A stretch of 64,000 nucleotides of DNA from Nitrospinales bacterium (GTDB taxonomy: Bacteria; Nitrospinota; Nitrospinia; Nitrospinales; VA-1), in contig CBDCWG010000012.1 of the NCBI GenBank assembly GCA_965223345.1, positions 2,464,001-2,528,000 on the forward strand, in the 5' to 3' direction. Under the pieces are notes generated by a model. It had not been told where the DNA came from. It searched no databases and saw only the letters and a program-made list of their open reading frames with translations. Positions 18,989 to 27,904 of this stretch are shown here, piece by piece. Each line of letters opens with the position of its first letter. Within the stretch, counting starts at the first letter, position 1. A program made the translations under genes and the position numbers.

Positions 18989-19894
18989 ATGCGATCGATT
19001 TCAATGCGCCGGATCATTCCGGCCGCACTGTTGCTTATCATGGTTTTGCATTCCGCTCCCGCCCGGGCGCTGCCCATCAACAGCGACCTGGGGCTGACGC
19101 CGCACAAGGGAGAATTCATATTCCGCATATAAGGGAAATACCTGCGCAAGGGAGAGGACCCGACCGGGCAGGGGCGTACGGTCGATGAATACGTGGTTCC
19201 CTTTGTCGGGGTTTATGGTTTCACGGCCAAAACCTCTCTGCTCGTCAATCTGCCCTACATCCACCGGGAGCTGAAAACGCCCAACAGCCCGCGCCGCCTC
19301 GCGCGCGGCCTCGGCGATCTGACCCTGCTCGGCAAGCACCGGATCTTCACCCATAATTTCAAGGGCGGGACGTCGCGTTTCTCATTGATCGGGGGGCTGG
19401 AGTTGCCCACTGGCGATGATGACGAAGCCGATTCTTTAGGTCCGCTGCCGAAATCGCTGCAACCGGGTTCGGGGTCGGTGGATTTTCTGGCCGGCGGGGC
19501 GTTCACGTATCAGACCCTGGACCACGAGCTGGATGCGGATCTCCGCTATATCTTCAACCGGGAAGCCAACGACTTTGAGTTCTGCGACGTGTTTAAATAC
19601 AACCTGGCGTACCAGAGACGGGTTTGGCCGTCTATTCTCCCCGACAAGGAGATTTACAGCCAGTGGAACGCCGTTCTGGAACTCAACGGCGTGTATGAAG
19701 AGCGCGCCGAATCCCAGGGCAACGACGTCGCCAACTCCGGCGGGCACACCCTCTACCTGTCACCGGGCATTCAGTTCGTCAGCAAACGCATGGTGTATGA
19801 GTTTTCCTTTCAGTATCCCATCGTTCAGGAGCTGAACGGCCTGCAACTGGAGGCGGACTACTTGCTGGTTCTCAGCTTCCGCTATATTTTATAA
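18989..19894 (+). pseudogene. Outer-membrane beta-barrel 'transporter' family gene interrupted by an in-frame TAA at 19130-19132
   Basis: ATG 18989 encodes signal peptide MRSISMRRIIPAALLLIMVLHSAPARA in frame with ORF 19193-19894 (GLGDLTL, ELPTG, QPGSGS, GGHTLYLSPG); single stop at codon 48. Confidence 0.75.
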
Positions 19895-19939
19895 ACTGCG
19901 TTCTCCTGCGGGAGGGCGTTTGCGAATAGGAGTGTCGTC

Positions 19940-20269
19940 GTGAATGCAAAAATAAAACCCGTCGTCCCGATCCTGTTTTTCGTGTTGCTCCTTCACGGAG
20001 TTTCCGTGTGGGCGGAAAAAACCGCGGAAGTCATCACCATTAAGGTGGAGGGTCTTTACTGCCCGTTCTGCGCTTATGGTCTGGAAAAGCAGCTCAAGAA
20101 ACTCGATGGCTATCAAAAGGTGGAGGTCAACCTCAAGCACGGCGTGGCCGAGCTGTATGTCGATTCCAGCGCCGCGGTTTCAGATGACGCCATCCAGAAA
20201 GCCGTGGAGGATGCGGGATTCGATTCGGCTTCCATCAAACGGGATGCGAAGAAGGAGGTAAAAGAGTGA
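19940..20269 (+). CDS. Periplasmic heavy-metal-associated (HMA, MerP/CopZ-like) protein
   Basis: Signal peptide, VEGLYCPFC motif, AVEDAGF end. Confidence 0.85.
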   Translation: MNAKIKPVVPILFFVLLLHGVSVWAEKTAEVITIKVEGLYCPFCAYGLEKQLKKLDGYQKVEVNLKHGVAELYVDSSAAVSDDAIQKAVEDAGFDSASIKRDAKKEVKE

Positions 20270-21279
20270 GCCGGATTTTTCGATCCGCGTTCGCACTCGT
20301 GCTGATCCTCCTTGCAGGCGAGGTTCACGGGCAGACCGCCTCCCTTTCTTTCTCATCTGCATTCGGGAAGGAGGGAAGCGGTCCCGGTGAATTCAACGAA
20401 CCGTTTGCGATCGCGTTGGATGGCGCGGGCCGCGTCTTTGTCGCCGATGCCCGCAACCACCGTGTGCAGGTGTTCGATTCGAGCGGGCGGTTTCTCGAAC
20501 AGTGGGGCGATCGGGGAAACGGGCCGGGGCAATTTGAAAAACCTTCCGGGCTGGCCGTCGATTCCGGGGGCAATGTGTATGTGGCCGATTACGATCTCGA
20601 CCGCATTCAGAAATTCAATGCCCAAGGCGAATACATCCTGCACTGGGGAACCGCGGGCAGAGAGCCGGGCGAGTTCAATTCGCCGACCGGACTGGCGATC
20701 GATGCCTCCGGGCAGGTGGTTGTGGCGGACATGTACAACCACCGCGTGCAGACATTCGACGCCAGGGGAAACCGGCTTTTACAGTGGGGCACGTACCATC
20801 CGATTTCGGTGTTCAAATCCTTTCTCAATTTCCTGTTCTGCCGGGAAGCAGAGGGGCGGTTCAACTATCCCGCCCGCCTCGCGGTGGGAAATGGGGATAA
20901 AGTGTACGTGTCCGATTCCTACAACAACCGGGTGCAGGTATTTTCCCGCGACGGAAAATTCCTTGCGCAATTCGGCGGTGTCGGGAGCTGGGGCGGGCGG
21001 TTTCGCGTCAGTTCCGGAATCGCCGTGGGTCCCGAGGGCCGTGTGTTCGTTGCGGATTTCTACAACCATCGCGTGCAGGTGTTTTCCTCGGATGGGGACT
21101 TCCTGGCGGAACTGGGTGAGGAAGGCAGCGGGCCGGGGCAGTTTCGCGGTCCCACCGACCTGGCCGTGGACGCTTCGGGGCGCGTGTGGGTCGCCGACTG
21201 GGGCAACCACCGGGTGCAGGTCCTGCAATGGCAGGATGAGGAGATGAACGTCTCCGGCGGAACGCAGTCCGGTGAATGA
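20266..21279 (+). CDS. Secreted NHL-repeat beta-propeller protein
   Basis: Repeats of GxGPGEFNxPxGLAxD..VYVADxxNHRVQVF. Confidence 0.9.
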   Translation: MSRIFRSAFALVLILLAGEVHGQTASLSFSSAFGKEGSGPGEFNEPFAIALDGAGRVFVADARNHRVQVFDSSGRFLEQWGDRGNGPGQFEKPSGLAVDSGGNVYVADYDLDRIQKFNAQGEYILHWGTAGREPGEFNSPTGLAIDASGQVVVADMYNHRVQTFDARGNRLLQWGTYHPISVFKSFLNFLFCREAEGRFNYPARLAVGNGDKVYVSDSYNNRVQVFSRDGKFLAQFGGVGSWGGRFRVSSGIAVGPEGRVFVADFYNHRVQVFSSDGDFLAELGEEGSGPGQFRGPTDLAVDASGRVWVADWGNHRVQVLQWQDEEMNVSGGTQSGE

Positions 21280-21285
21280 GGTTTC

Positions 21286-21597
21286 ATGAAAATTGAATTT
21301 TACTATTTTTCAGCCTGTGCGAACCATGAAGCGGCTTTGCAGCGTTTGCAGGATGTTCTTGACCGGGAAAGCATCGGGGCTTCCATCACGAGAATCGAAG
21401 TGACTTCTGAGGAAATGGCCCGATCCTGCCGCTTTCCGGGATCGCCCACGATTCGTATTGATGGAGTGGACATCGAACCGGATGCGCCAACGGAATACGG
21501 TATGAAATGCAGGATTTACGATACGCCGCAGGGGCCGGCAGGGGTTCCCCCTGAAGCTATGATCCGCAAGGCTCTCATCCTACGCGGTGATGGATGA
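21286..21597 (+). CDS. Small thioredoxin-fold protein (DUF2703-like)
   Basis: YYFSACANH, FPGSPTIRIDGVD, CRIY motifs. Confidence 0.7.
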   Translation: MKIEFYYFSACANHEAALQRLQDVLDRESIGASITRIEVTSEEMARSCRFPGSPTIRIDGVDIEPDAPTEYGMKCRIYDTPQGPAGVPPEAMIRKALILRGDG

Positions 21598-21608
21598 AGA
21601 TTTGGAGC

Positions 21609-21644
21609 AAAAAAAATCCTCTCCCCAAACGGGGAGAGGATTTT
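21609..21644. terminator. Likely bidirectional terminator between convergent genes
   Basis: Perfect 14-bp inverted repeat AAAATCCTCTCCCC/GGGGAGAGGATTTT. Confidence 0.8.
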
Positions 21645-21664
21645 GAAACGCTCATACTTCTTGG

Positions 21665-24004
21665 TTAAGGTGTTGTGCGCCAGACGTCGTTTTTGAGCGT
21701 GCCTCCGCCTCCGAGTGCCCACATCTTACTGTCGAAAACCGATGCTGCAAATTGATTGCGAATCGACCAGCCGGCACTCGCGGTGGCCTGAGTCCAGGTA
21801 GCGCCGTCGGTGCTGTGCCAAACATCGTTGGTATCGCTGGTGCCGTTGAATCCACCCAGCACCCACATTTTTTCATCGTAGACCAGTGCCTGATGGTTGC
21901 GGCGTGCAGACCAGTTGGCGGCTGCCGTGGCCTGGGTCCAGGTGACGCCGTCGGTGCTGGACCAGACGTCGTTCAGGTTGCTGCCGTTGTAGCCGCCCAG
22001 AACCCACATCTTACTGTCGTGGGTCAGAGCCAGATGTGTGGATCGCGCTGACCAGTTGGCGGCTGCGGTGGCCTGAGTCCAGGTGACGCCGTCGGTGCTG
22101 TGCCAGACGTCGTTTTTGCTGCCCGGTGCGTTGCCACCCATCACCCACATTTTCCCGTCGTGGACTGTGGCCGCCAATTCGTTGCGAGCGGACCAGTTGG
22201 CGGCTGCGGTGGCCTGGGTCCAGGTAACGCCGTCGGTGCTGTGCCAGACATCGTTGCGGTCGCTGCCGTCGTGCCCGCCCAGCACCCACATTTTATTGTC
22301 GAAGACCAACGTTCGATGCGCGACCCGCGCCGACCAGCCCGCATTGGCGGTGGCCTGGGTCCAGGTGCTGCCGTCCGTGCTGTACCAGACGTCGTTGCGG
22401 TTGCTGCCGTCCCAGCCGCCCAGCACCCACATTTTTCCATCGTAGGTCAAAGCCTGATGCCGTTTCCGGGCCGACCACGCGGCGTTCGCCGTCACCTGTG
22501 CCCAATTGGACCCATCGTGCAATCCCTTTTCTGCGATGGGAAGGAACACGTCGGAATCGCCCTGGCTGTTTGCCAATTCCAGACTGTAACTGCCTCCCAG
22601 AAGCGGTTCGGGCAGGCCGATGATGACCTGCTGCTGGGTGGAATTCGGGATGCTGCCTTTGTAGAGGACGGTCAGTGCCGTGCTGCCGCCCAGGGTGACG
22701 GTGGGATCGGTCTGCCCGATGAACAGATCGGTGCCATTGAGATCGAGGGAAGGGACGGTGCCGGTGCCGGGGTCGAAATTGATTTCCCCCGCATAGTTGA
22801 TTTTGACTCCATCGGCGCTGTCCTTGCCGCTCACTCCCGGATCTCCCTGGGGGCCTGCGGGGCCCGTTGCACCGGTCGCTCCAGCCGGACCGGCCGGACC
22901 CTGCGGACCCGTGGCTCCTTGAGGACCTTGCGGTCCTGCAGGGCCGGTGTCTCCGGTATCCCCTTTATCGCCCTTCGGTCCGGGAGTCAGCTCGATGGTG
23001 TCGATCTGCTGTTGAAGGTCGGCGATGTCTGCGGTGAGCCCTGTGATCTGATCGCTGGCATGCCACACGTCGTTTTTAACTGTACTGCCACCGCCAAGCA
23101 CCCAGATTTTATCGTCATGGACCAGAGCCATGTATTGAACCCGAATAGACCATCCGGCACTCGCGGTGTCCTGAGTCCAGTTGATACCGTCGGAACTTGC
23201 CCAGACGTCATTGAGATCGCTGCTGCCGAAACCGCCCAGGACCCACATCCTTTCATCGTAGACCACGGCCTGGTGGGTGCGGCGGTCGGACCAGTCTGCG
23301 TTTGCGGTGGCCTGAGTCCAGGTGCTGCCGTTGCTGCTGTACCAGACATCGTTCAGGTTGTTGGTGCCGTCGTAGCCGCCCAAGACCCACATTTTGCTGT
23401 CGTGCACCAAAGCCTGGTGGGCGGACCGGTCGGACCAGTTTGCGTTGGCGGTGGCCTGGGTCCAGGTGATGCCGTTGGTGCTGTGCCAGACATCGTTTAG
23501 GAAGTTGGTGCCGTTGAATCCGCCCAGGACCCACATTTTACTGTCGTGCACCACGGCTCGAAAGTCCGTCCGGTCGGACCAGTTTGCGTTGGCGGTGGCC
23601 TGGGTCCAGGTGACGCCGTCGGTGCTGTGCCAGACGTCGTTCAAATCCCCGTTGCCGTCTTGTCCTCCCATCACCCACATTTTCCCATCGAACACCACAG
23701 CGCGGTGTGCCACGCGTTTGGACCAGGCCGCATTGGCGGTGGCCTGAGTCCAGGTGATCCCGTCTGTGCTGGACCAGACGTCGTTGCGGTTGGTGGTGTC
23801 GAAACCGCCCAGGACCCACATTTTGTTGTCGTAGACCAGAGCCTGATGCCGCTTGCGCGCCGACCAGTCTGCCGATGCGGTGGCTTCGGTCCAGTCGGTC
23901 AGCGGGATGGTGGCTTCCGCGGGCAGAGACCACGCGAAAAAGATGAATGTGAGTAAGTAAAGCGCGGGGGTGCGAAAGAATTCATGGAGGGTCGTTCTTT
24001 TCAT
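21665..24004 (-). CDS. Secreted protein: two six-bladed Kelch-like propellers linked by a coiled coil, a collagen (Gly-X-Y)18 segment and an Ig-like region
   Basis: 12 repeats KMWVLGG..NDVWxSTDGxTWTQATAxAx[17 protein letters not shown]; signal peptide. Confidence 0.85.
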   Translation of the reverse strand: MKRTTLHEFFRTPALYLLTFIFFAWSLPAEATIPLTDWTEATASADWSARKRHQALVYDNKMWVLGGFDTTNRNDVWSSTDGITWTQATANAAWSKRVAHRAVVFDGKMWVMGGQDGNGDLNDVWHSTDGVTWTQATANANWSDRTDFRAVVHDSKMWVLGGFNGTNFLNDVWHSTNGITWTQATANANWSDRSAHQALVHDSKMWVLGGYDGTNNLNDVWYSSNGSTWTQATANADWSDRRTHQAVVYDERMWVLGGFGSSDLNDVWASSDGINWTQDTASAGWSIRVQYMALVHDDKIWVLGGGSTVKNDVWHASDQITGLTADIADLQQQIDTIELTPGPKGDKGDTGDTGPAGPQGPQGATGPQGPAGPAGATGATGPAGPQGDPGVSGKDSADGVKINYAGEINFDPGTGTVPSLDLNGTDLFIGQTDPTVTLGGSTALTVLYKGSIPNSTQQQVIIGLPEPLLGGSYSLELANSQGDSDVFLPIAEKGLHDGSNWAQVTANAAWSARKRHQALTYDGKMWVLGGWDGSNRNDVWYSTDGSTWTQATANAGWSARVAHRTLVFDNKMWVLGGHDGSDRNDVWHSTDGVTWTQATAAANWSARNELAATVHDGKMWVMGGNAPGSKNDVWHSTDGVTWTQATAAANWSARSTHLALTHDSKMWVLGGYNGSNLNDVWSSTDGVTWTQATAAANWSARRNHQALVYDEKMWVLGGFNGTSDTNDVWHSTDGATWTQATASAGWSIRNQFAASVFDSKMWALGGGGTLKNDVWRTTP

Positions 24005-24237
24005 AACAGTTCTCACTCATTGTATAGAACATGGAAAAAAAGAGGCTCTCAAAATTTGAAGTTGTGAGAGAGGTCGGGGGGATGGGGTTTTCTAAAAAGT
24101 GGGACGGGTGTGAGGGCCGTCTGTTACTGTAATGATCGGACAGGAAGGTGTAATACTTAAATGACAGGGTGAGAACGGTCTTCGCTTTTCGTTAGAATAC
24201 GGTTGGAAGCTGCAAAAGGAGTTTACACAGGGAAAGC

Positions 24238-24272
24238 AAAAAAAAACGACGCCCCCGTCGAGGGCGCCGTTT
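24238..24272 (-). terminator. ahcY terminator
   Basis: Minus strand AAACGGCGCCC-loop-GGGCGTCGTTT plus T tract. Confidence 0.7.
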
Positions 24273-24297
24273 GAGAGAAGGTGTTTTTTTAAAGGAA

Positions 24298-25605
24298 TCA
24301 GTAGCGGTAAAACTCCGGTTTGTAGGGGCCTTCGACCGGGATGTTGAGGTATTCGGCCTGATCCTTGGTGAGCTTGGTCAGCTTGACGCCCAGTTTTTCC
24401 AGATGCAGCCGCGCCACTTCCTCGTCGAGCTTTTTCGGCAGGGTGTAGACGCCGATCTCGTATTTGTTCTTGTACAGCTCGATCTGGGCCAGCACCTGGT
24501 TGGTGAAGGAGTTGGACATCACGAACGAAGGGTGGCCGGTGGCGCAGCCCAGGTTCACCAGCCGTCCTTCGGCCAGCAGGATGATGCTGTTGCCGTTGGG
24601 GAAGGTGTATTTGTCCACCTGCGGCTTGATGTTGGTCTTCTGGATTTTCGGGAAATTGTTCAACTGCTCGACCTGGATTTCGATGTCGAAGTGGCCGATG
24701 TTGCAGACGATGGCGTCGTCCTTCATCTTCTGCATGTGATCGATGGTGACGATGTCTTTGCAGCCGGTGGTGGTGACGTAGATGTTGCCCTCGCTCAGGG
24801 CGTCTTCCATCGTGGTGACTTCGTAGCCTTCCATCGCCGCCTGCAGGGCGCAGATGGGGTCGATTTCGGTGACCAGCACGCGGGCGCCGAGATCGCGCAT
24901 GGATTTGGCGCAGCCCTTGCCGACGTCGCCGTATCCTGCGACCACCACCACTTTGCCCGCCACCATGATGTCCGTGGCGCGTTTGATGCCGTCGGCCAGG
25001 GACTCGCGGCAGCCGTATAGGTTGTCGAATTTCGATTTGGTCACCGAGTCGTTGACGTTCATGGCGGGCGTCTTTAAGGTTTTGTCCTGCAACATCTTGT
25101 ACAGCTTGTGCACGCCGGTGGTGGTTTCCTCGGTGATGCCCTTGATGTTGTCCATCAGGTCCGGGTGGTTTTTGTGCACGTAATAGGTCAGATCGCCGCC
25201 GTCGTCCAAAATCATGTTGGGGCCCTGGTCGTTGTCGAACAGCAGGGTCTGGCCGGTGCACCACCAGTATTCGTCTTCGGTTTCGCCTTTCCAGGCGAAC
25301 ACGGGGATGCCCTTTTTCGCGATGGCGGCGGCCGCGTGGTCCTGGGTTGAGAAGATGTTGCAGGAGGCCCAGCGCACCTCGGCCCCGAGCTCGATCAGCG
25401 TTTCGATGAGGACCGCGGTCTGGATGGTCATGTGCAGGGAACCGGCGATCCGGGCCCCTTTGAGCGGCTTGGATTTCCCGTATTTCTCCCGCAGCGCCAT
25501 CAATCCGGGCATTTCCTTCTCGGCCAGGATGATTTCCTCGCGTCCCCAATCGGCAAGAGATAGATCGGCTACTTTGAACTTTTCAGCGGCAAGGGCTGTG
25601 GACAT
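24298..25605 (-). CDS. ahcY: Adenosylhomocysteinase
   Basis: [51 protein letters not shown]. Confidence 0.98.
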   Translation of the reverse strand: MSTALAAEKFKVADLSLADWGREEIILAEKEMPGLMALREKYGKSKPLKGARIAGSLHMTIQTAVLIETLIELGAEVRWASCNIFSTQDHAAAAIAKKGIPVFAWKGETEDEYWWCTGQTLLFDNDQGPNMILDDGGDLTYYVHKNHPDLMDNIKGITEETTTGVHKLYKMLQDKTLKTPAMNVNDSVTKSKFDNLYGCRESLADGIKRATDIMVAGKVVVVAGYGDVGKGCAKSMRDLGARVLVTEIDPICALQAAMEGYEVTTMEDALSEGNIYVTTTGCKDIVTIDHMQKMKDDAIVCNIGHFDIEIQVEQLNNFPKIQKTNIKPQVDKYTFPNGNSIILLAEGRLVNLGCATGHPSFVMSNSFTNQVLAQIELYKNKYEIGVYTLPKKLDEEVARLHLEKLGVKLTKLTKDQAEYLNIPVEGPYKPEFYRY

Positions 25606-25878
25606 GCGTGACTCCTCCGTGTTTGATTGTGTATCGGGTGGTGACGTGCGGGGAATGAAATATTCCCCTCGATTCCCTGGGAAACCGGTATTATAACTTC
25701 CTGTAAAGGTTTTGGTTAACCCGGTGGGATGAAAGGTCCAACCCCTTTAGTGTAAAGGATTATCGCGGATTCGTCCACCACAACCTTTGGGGAAGGGCAG
25801 CAAAAACCGCCCTGTCCGCCCCTTGATTTACAGTGAAAGCTTTATAGGAGGCTCCGGCGGCGTCCGGACAGGAAAGCC

Positions 25879-26193
25879 ATGATCGAGGTGACAGACGTCA
25901 AGGTGTACCCCTTCGAAATGGGGGATGATTCTTATAACGTAAAAGCTTACGCCGATGTCACCCTGGCCGGCTGCCTGACGCTCAAGGGCATCCGGGTGAT
26001 GGAAACCCGGCACGGCGGGCTGTTCATCAGCTTTCCCTCGCAGCGGGGCCGGCGCGACGGGGAATTCCGCGACCTGATCGTGCCGGAGACCGGGGAGTTC
26101 AAATCCTACCTGCGCGACCAGGTGGTCGCCGCCTACAAGGAGGCCGTCGGCTGGCAGCCGAAGGGGGAACGCGATGAGCCGGAGGCGGAGTGA
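25879..26193 (+). CDS. spoVG: SpoVG family nucleic-acid-binding protein
   Basis: EVTDVKV, KAYADVTL, GIRVM, GLFISFPS, EFRDLIVP. Confidence 0.85.
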   Translation: MIEVTDVKVYPFEMGDDSYNVKAYADVTLAGCLTLKGIRVMETRHGGLFISFPSQRGRRDGEFRDLIVPETGEFKSYLRDQVVAAYKEAVGWQPKGERDEPEAE

Positions 26194-26233
26194 ATGCGCT
26201 ACAGGGGGAGCACTGGAAAGACGAAAAAAAGTG

Positions 26234-26400
26234 GACAGGATAACAGGATAGAAGATCCGGATTAAAGACCAGCAATAGAAACAACAAACAAAAAACGGGG
26301 TCACCGCAAAGACGCAGAGGGCGCAAAGAAAAAAGGGCGGCAATGGGCTACAGAAAACTGTCACCCTGAGCTTGTCGAAGGGTGACTGGGGGAGGGGGAC
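26234..26400 (+). repeat. Left arm of imperfect composite inverted repeat
   Basis: Ordered motifs GACAGGATAACAGGATAGAA, CAAAAAACGG, ACCGCAAAGACGCAGAGGGCGCAAAGAAAAA, GTCACCCTGAGCTTGTCGAAGG, G-rich end. Confidence 0.8.
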
Positions 26401-26738
26401 TAATGGTCTTGATTTGAGCGATTGGTGAGATATGGCTGAAAATCTTTCTTGATACGCTTAAAGCCATCCTGGTCTGTATATAGCGCCACTGATATTCCTA
26501 TGAACCAGAAAATAATGAATAAAATAAAACAAACGAAAGCTTTATTTCTATATTGAACACCTTGCCCTGTTAGATATTTTCTCATGTAAAGGGAGAAACC
26601 GGTTGCACGCAAAATAAACGGTGCCGGTTTTTGCTGCCCATACATCTTGAATGTAAAGATCATTGCTAAAATTGCTAGAACCATGCCGCTAAATACGGCA
26701 ATGAAAATGACCGCGTTTAGTATGTTTTCAATAACCAT
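26400..26738 (-). CDS. Hypothetical two-TM membrane protein
   Basis: AT-rich 112-aa ORF with two hydrophobic helices. Confidence 0.6.
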   Translation of the reverse strand: MVIENILNAVIFIAVFSGMVLAILAMIFTFKMYGQQKPAPFILRATGFSLYMRKYLTGQGVQYRNKAFVCFILFIIFWFIGISVALYTDQDGFKRIKKDFQPYLTNRSNQDH

Positions 26739-26767
26739 ATATTAATCCGGTGTTATAAAAAGAGAAA

Positions 26768-27157
26768 TCAACCCGCCTTGGCTTCGCGCAGGACTTTGAT
26801 CTCGACTGTGAGTTTGGCGTTTTCGGGGATGATGCCGGGGATGCCCTTTTCCCCGTAGGCTAGGTGCGGGCTGATGGACACTTTGCGGAAGCCGCCTATC
26901 TTCATCCCCTGCACGGCGTAGAAGATGCCGGCGATCAGGTTTTCCCGGTCGATGCGGGTGCGGTGCTCGAAGAAACCGTCCTCGTGGACTTTCCGGTTGT
27001 CGTCCCACGAGTGGCTGATGCACTTGTCGGGAGTGGTGACGATCTCACCCTGATTCAACGCCACGCGGATCGCCAGAATGTAATTGCACTGGCGCTGCAC
27101 CTCCGGCCCGTCCCCTTCGGTTTCCTCCAACAGCTTCACGCCTTTTTTGAGCCACAT
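26768..27157 (-). CDS. FKBP-type peptidyl-prolyl isomerase-like protein
   Basis: GMKIGGFRKVSISPHLAYGEKG..IPENAKL. Confidence 0.8.
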   Translation of the reverse strand: MWLKKGVKLLEETEGDGPEVQRQCNYILAIRVALNQGEIVTTPDKCISHSWDDNRKVHEDGFFEHRTRIDRENLIAGIFYAVQGMKIGGFRKVSISPHLAYGEKGIPGIIPENAKLTVEIKVLREAKAG

Positions 27158-27211
27158 GATTTAGAAAGACTCTTTATTGTTAACAATGCTATTGCCAGTT
27201 TTTAGTGTTGT

Positions 27212-27694
27212 TTATTGGTAGAGAAAAACATATAAATCCTCTCTGATTTTTTCGAATCTTTTTTGCAATTCCCAGCCTTCCAACGTAATAGATCCTTCTT
27301 TGGATCGAATTGTCAGAGCACTTAGGTCAAATCTACTCTTTGCTGAACTATGGTCATGGCCCGGATACCCTAAGGTTCTAGTAATGCTCGCTGACTGTTC
27401 AGGTTCTATAGATAGAACAATGGAGCATTTTTCTTTGTTCAGAAAGTATCTTTCCTCTGAGATTCTCACCCAATCTCCCGTATTGAACCTCCACAAACTG
27501 TCCTGCGTCACTTCAGGATGAGATATGCTTTGTGTTGGGCAAAATTCTTCTCCGGTTTCTGAATGTATAACAGTTTTGATTGAGTAATTAATTTTAATCG
27601 ATTCATTCGTTTCGTTGGTGATCACAAACCGGGTGAGGTAACTGCATCCTGTAAGTAGCAATAGGATTGTAAAAGCCGTGAGATATTTTTTCAT
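27212..27694 (-). CDS. Hypothetical lipoprotein
   Basis: MKKYLTAFTILLLLTGC lipobox; AT-rich. Confidence 0.7.
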   Translation of the reverse strand: MKKYLTAFTILLLLTGCSYLTRFVITNETNESIKINYSIKTVIHSETGEEFCPTQSISHPEVTQDSLWRFNTGDWVRISEERYFLNKEKCSIVLSIEPEQSASITRTLGYPGHDHSSAKSRFDLSALTIRSKEGSITLEGWELQKRFEKIREDLYVFLYQ

Positions 27695-27697
27695 TTT

Positions 27698-27893
27698 CCC
27701 CCTCACCCAGCCCCTTCGTCCTTCGACAGACTCAGGATGACTCAGGGGCTGCCCTCTCCCTCCAGGGGAGAGGGATATTGAAGAAGGTTTCTTTAGGCCT
27801 TTCTGTTTTTCTTTGCGCTCTTTGCGTCTTTGCGGTCAAAAAGATTTCCGTTTTTTGCTTTTATCCCAAAGGTTTCTATCCTGTAATCCTGTC
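27698..27893 (-). repeat. Right arm of imperfect composite inverted repeat, with an extra CCCTCTCCC/GGGAGAGGG hairpin
   Basis: Reverse complement gives the same motif order as 26234-26400 (GACAGGATTACAGGATAGAA is 19/20 identical); hairpin at 27752-27774. Confidence 0.8.
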
Positions 27894-27904
27894 TGATTCT
27901 CTTT

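Noticed and set aside
19130..19132. Selenocysteine or pyrrolysine recoding of the internal stop
   Set aside because: The codon is TAA, not TGA or TAG.
21665..23900. ~144-bp tandem DNA repeats as a CRISPR array or DGR template/variable repeats
   Set aside because: They are in-frame Kelch blades; there are no unique spacers, cas genes or reverse transcriptase in the window.
25606..25878. SAH or SAM riboswitch upstream of ahcY
   Set aside because: No GAGGAGCG..CAGGCUC..CGCUC SAH core or SAM-I consensus visible on the minus strand.
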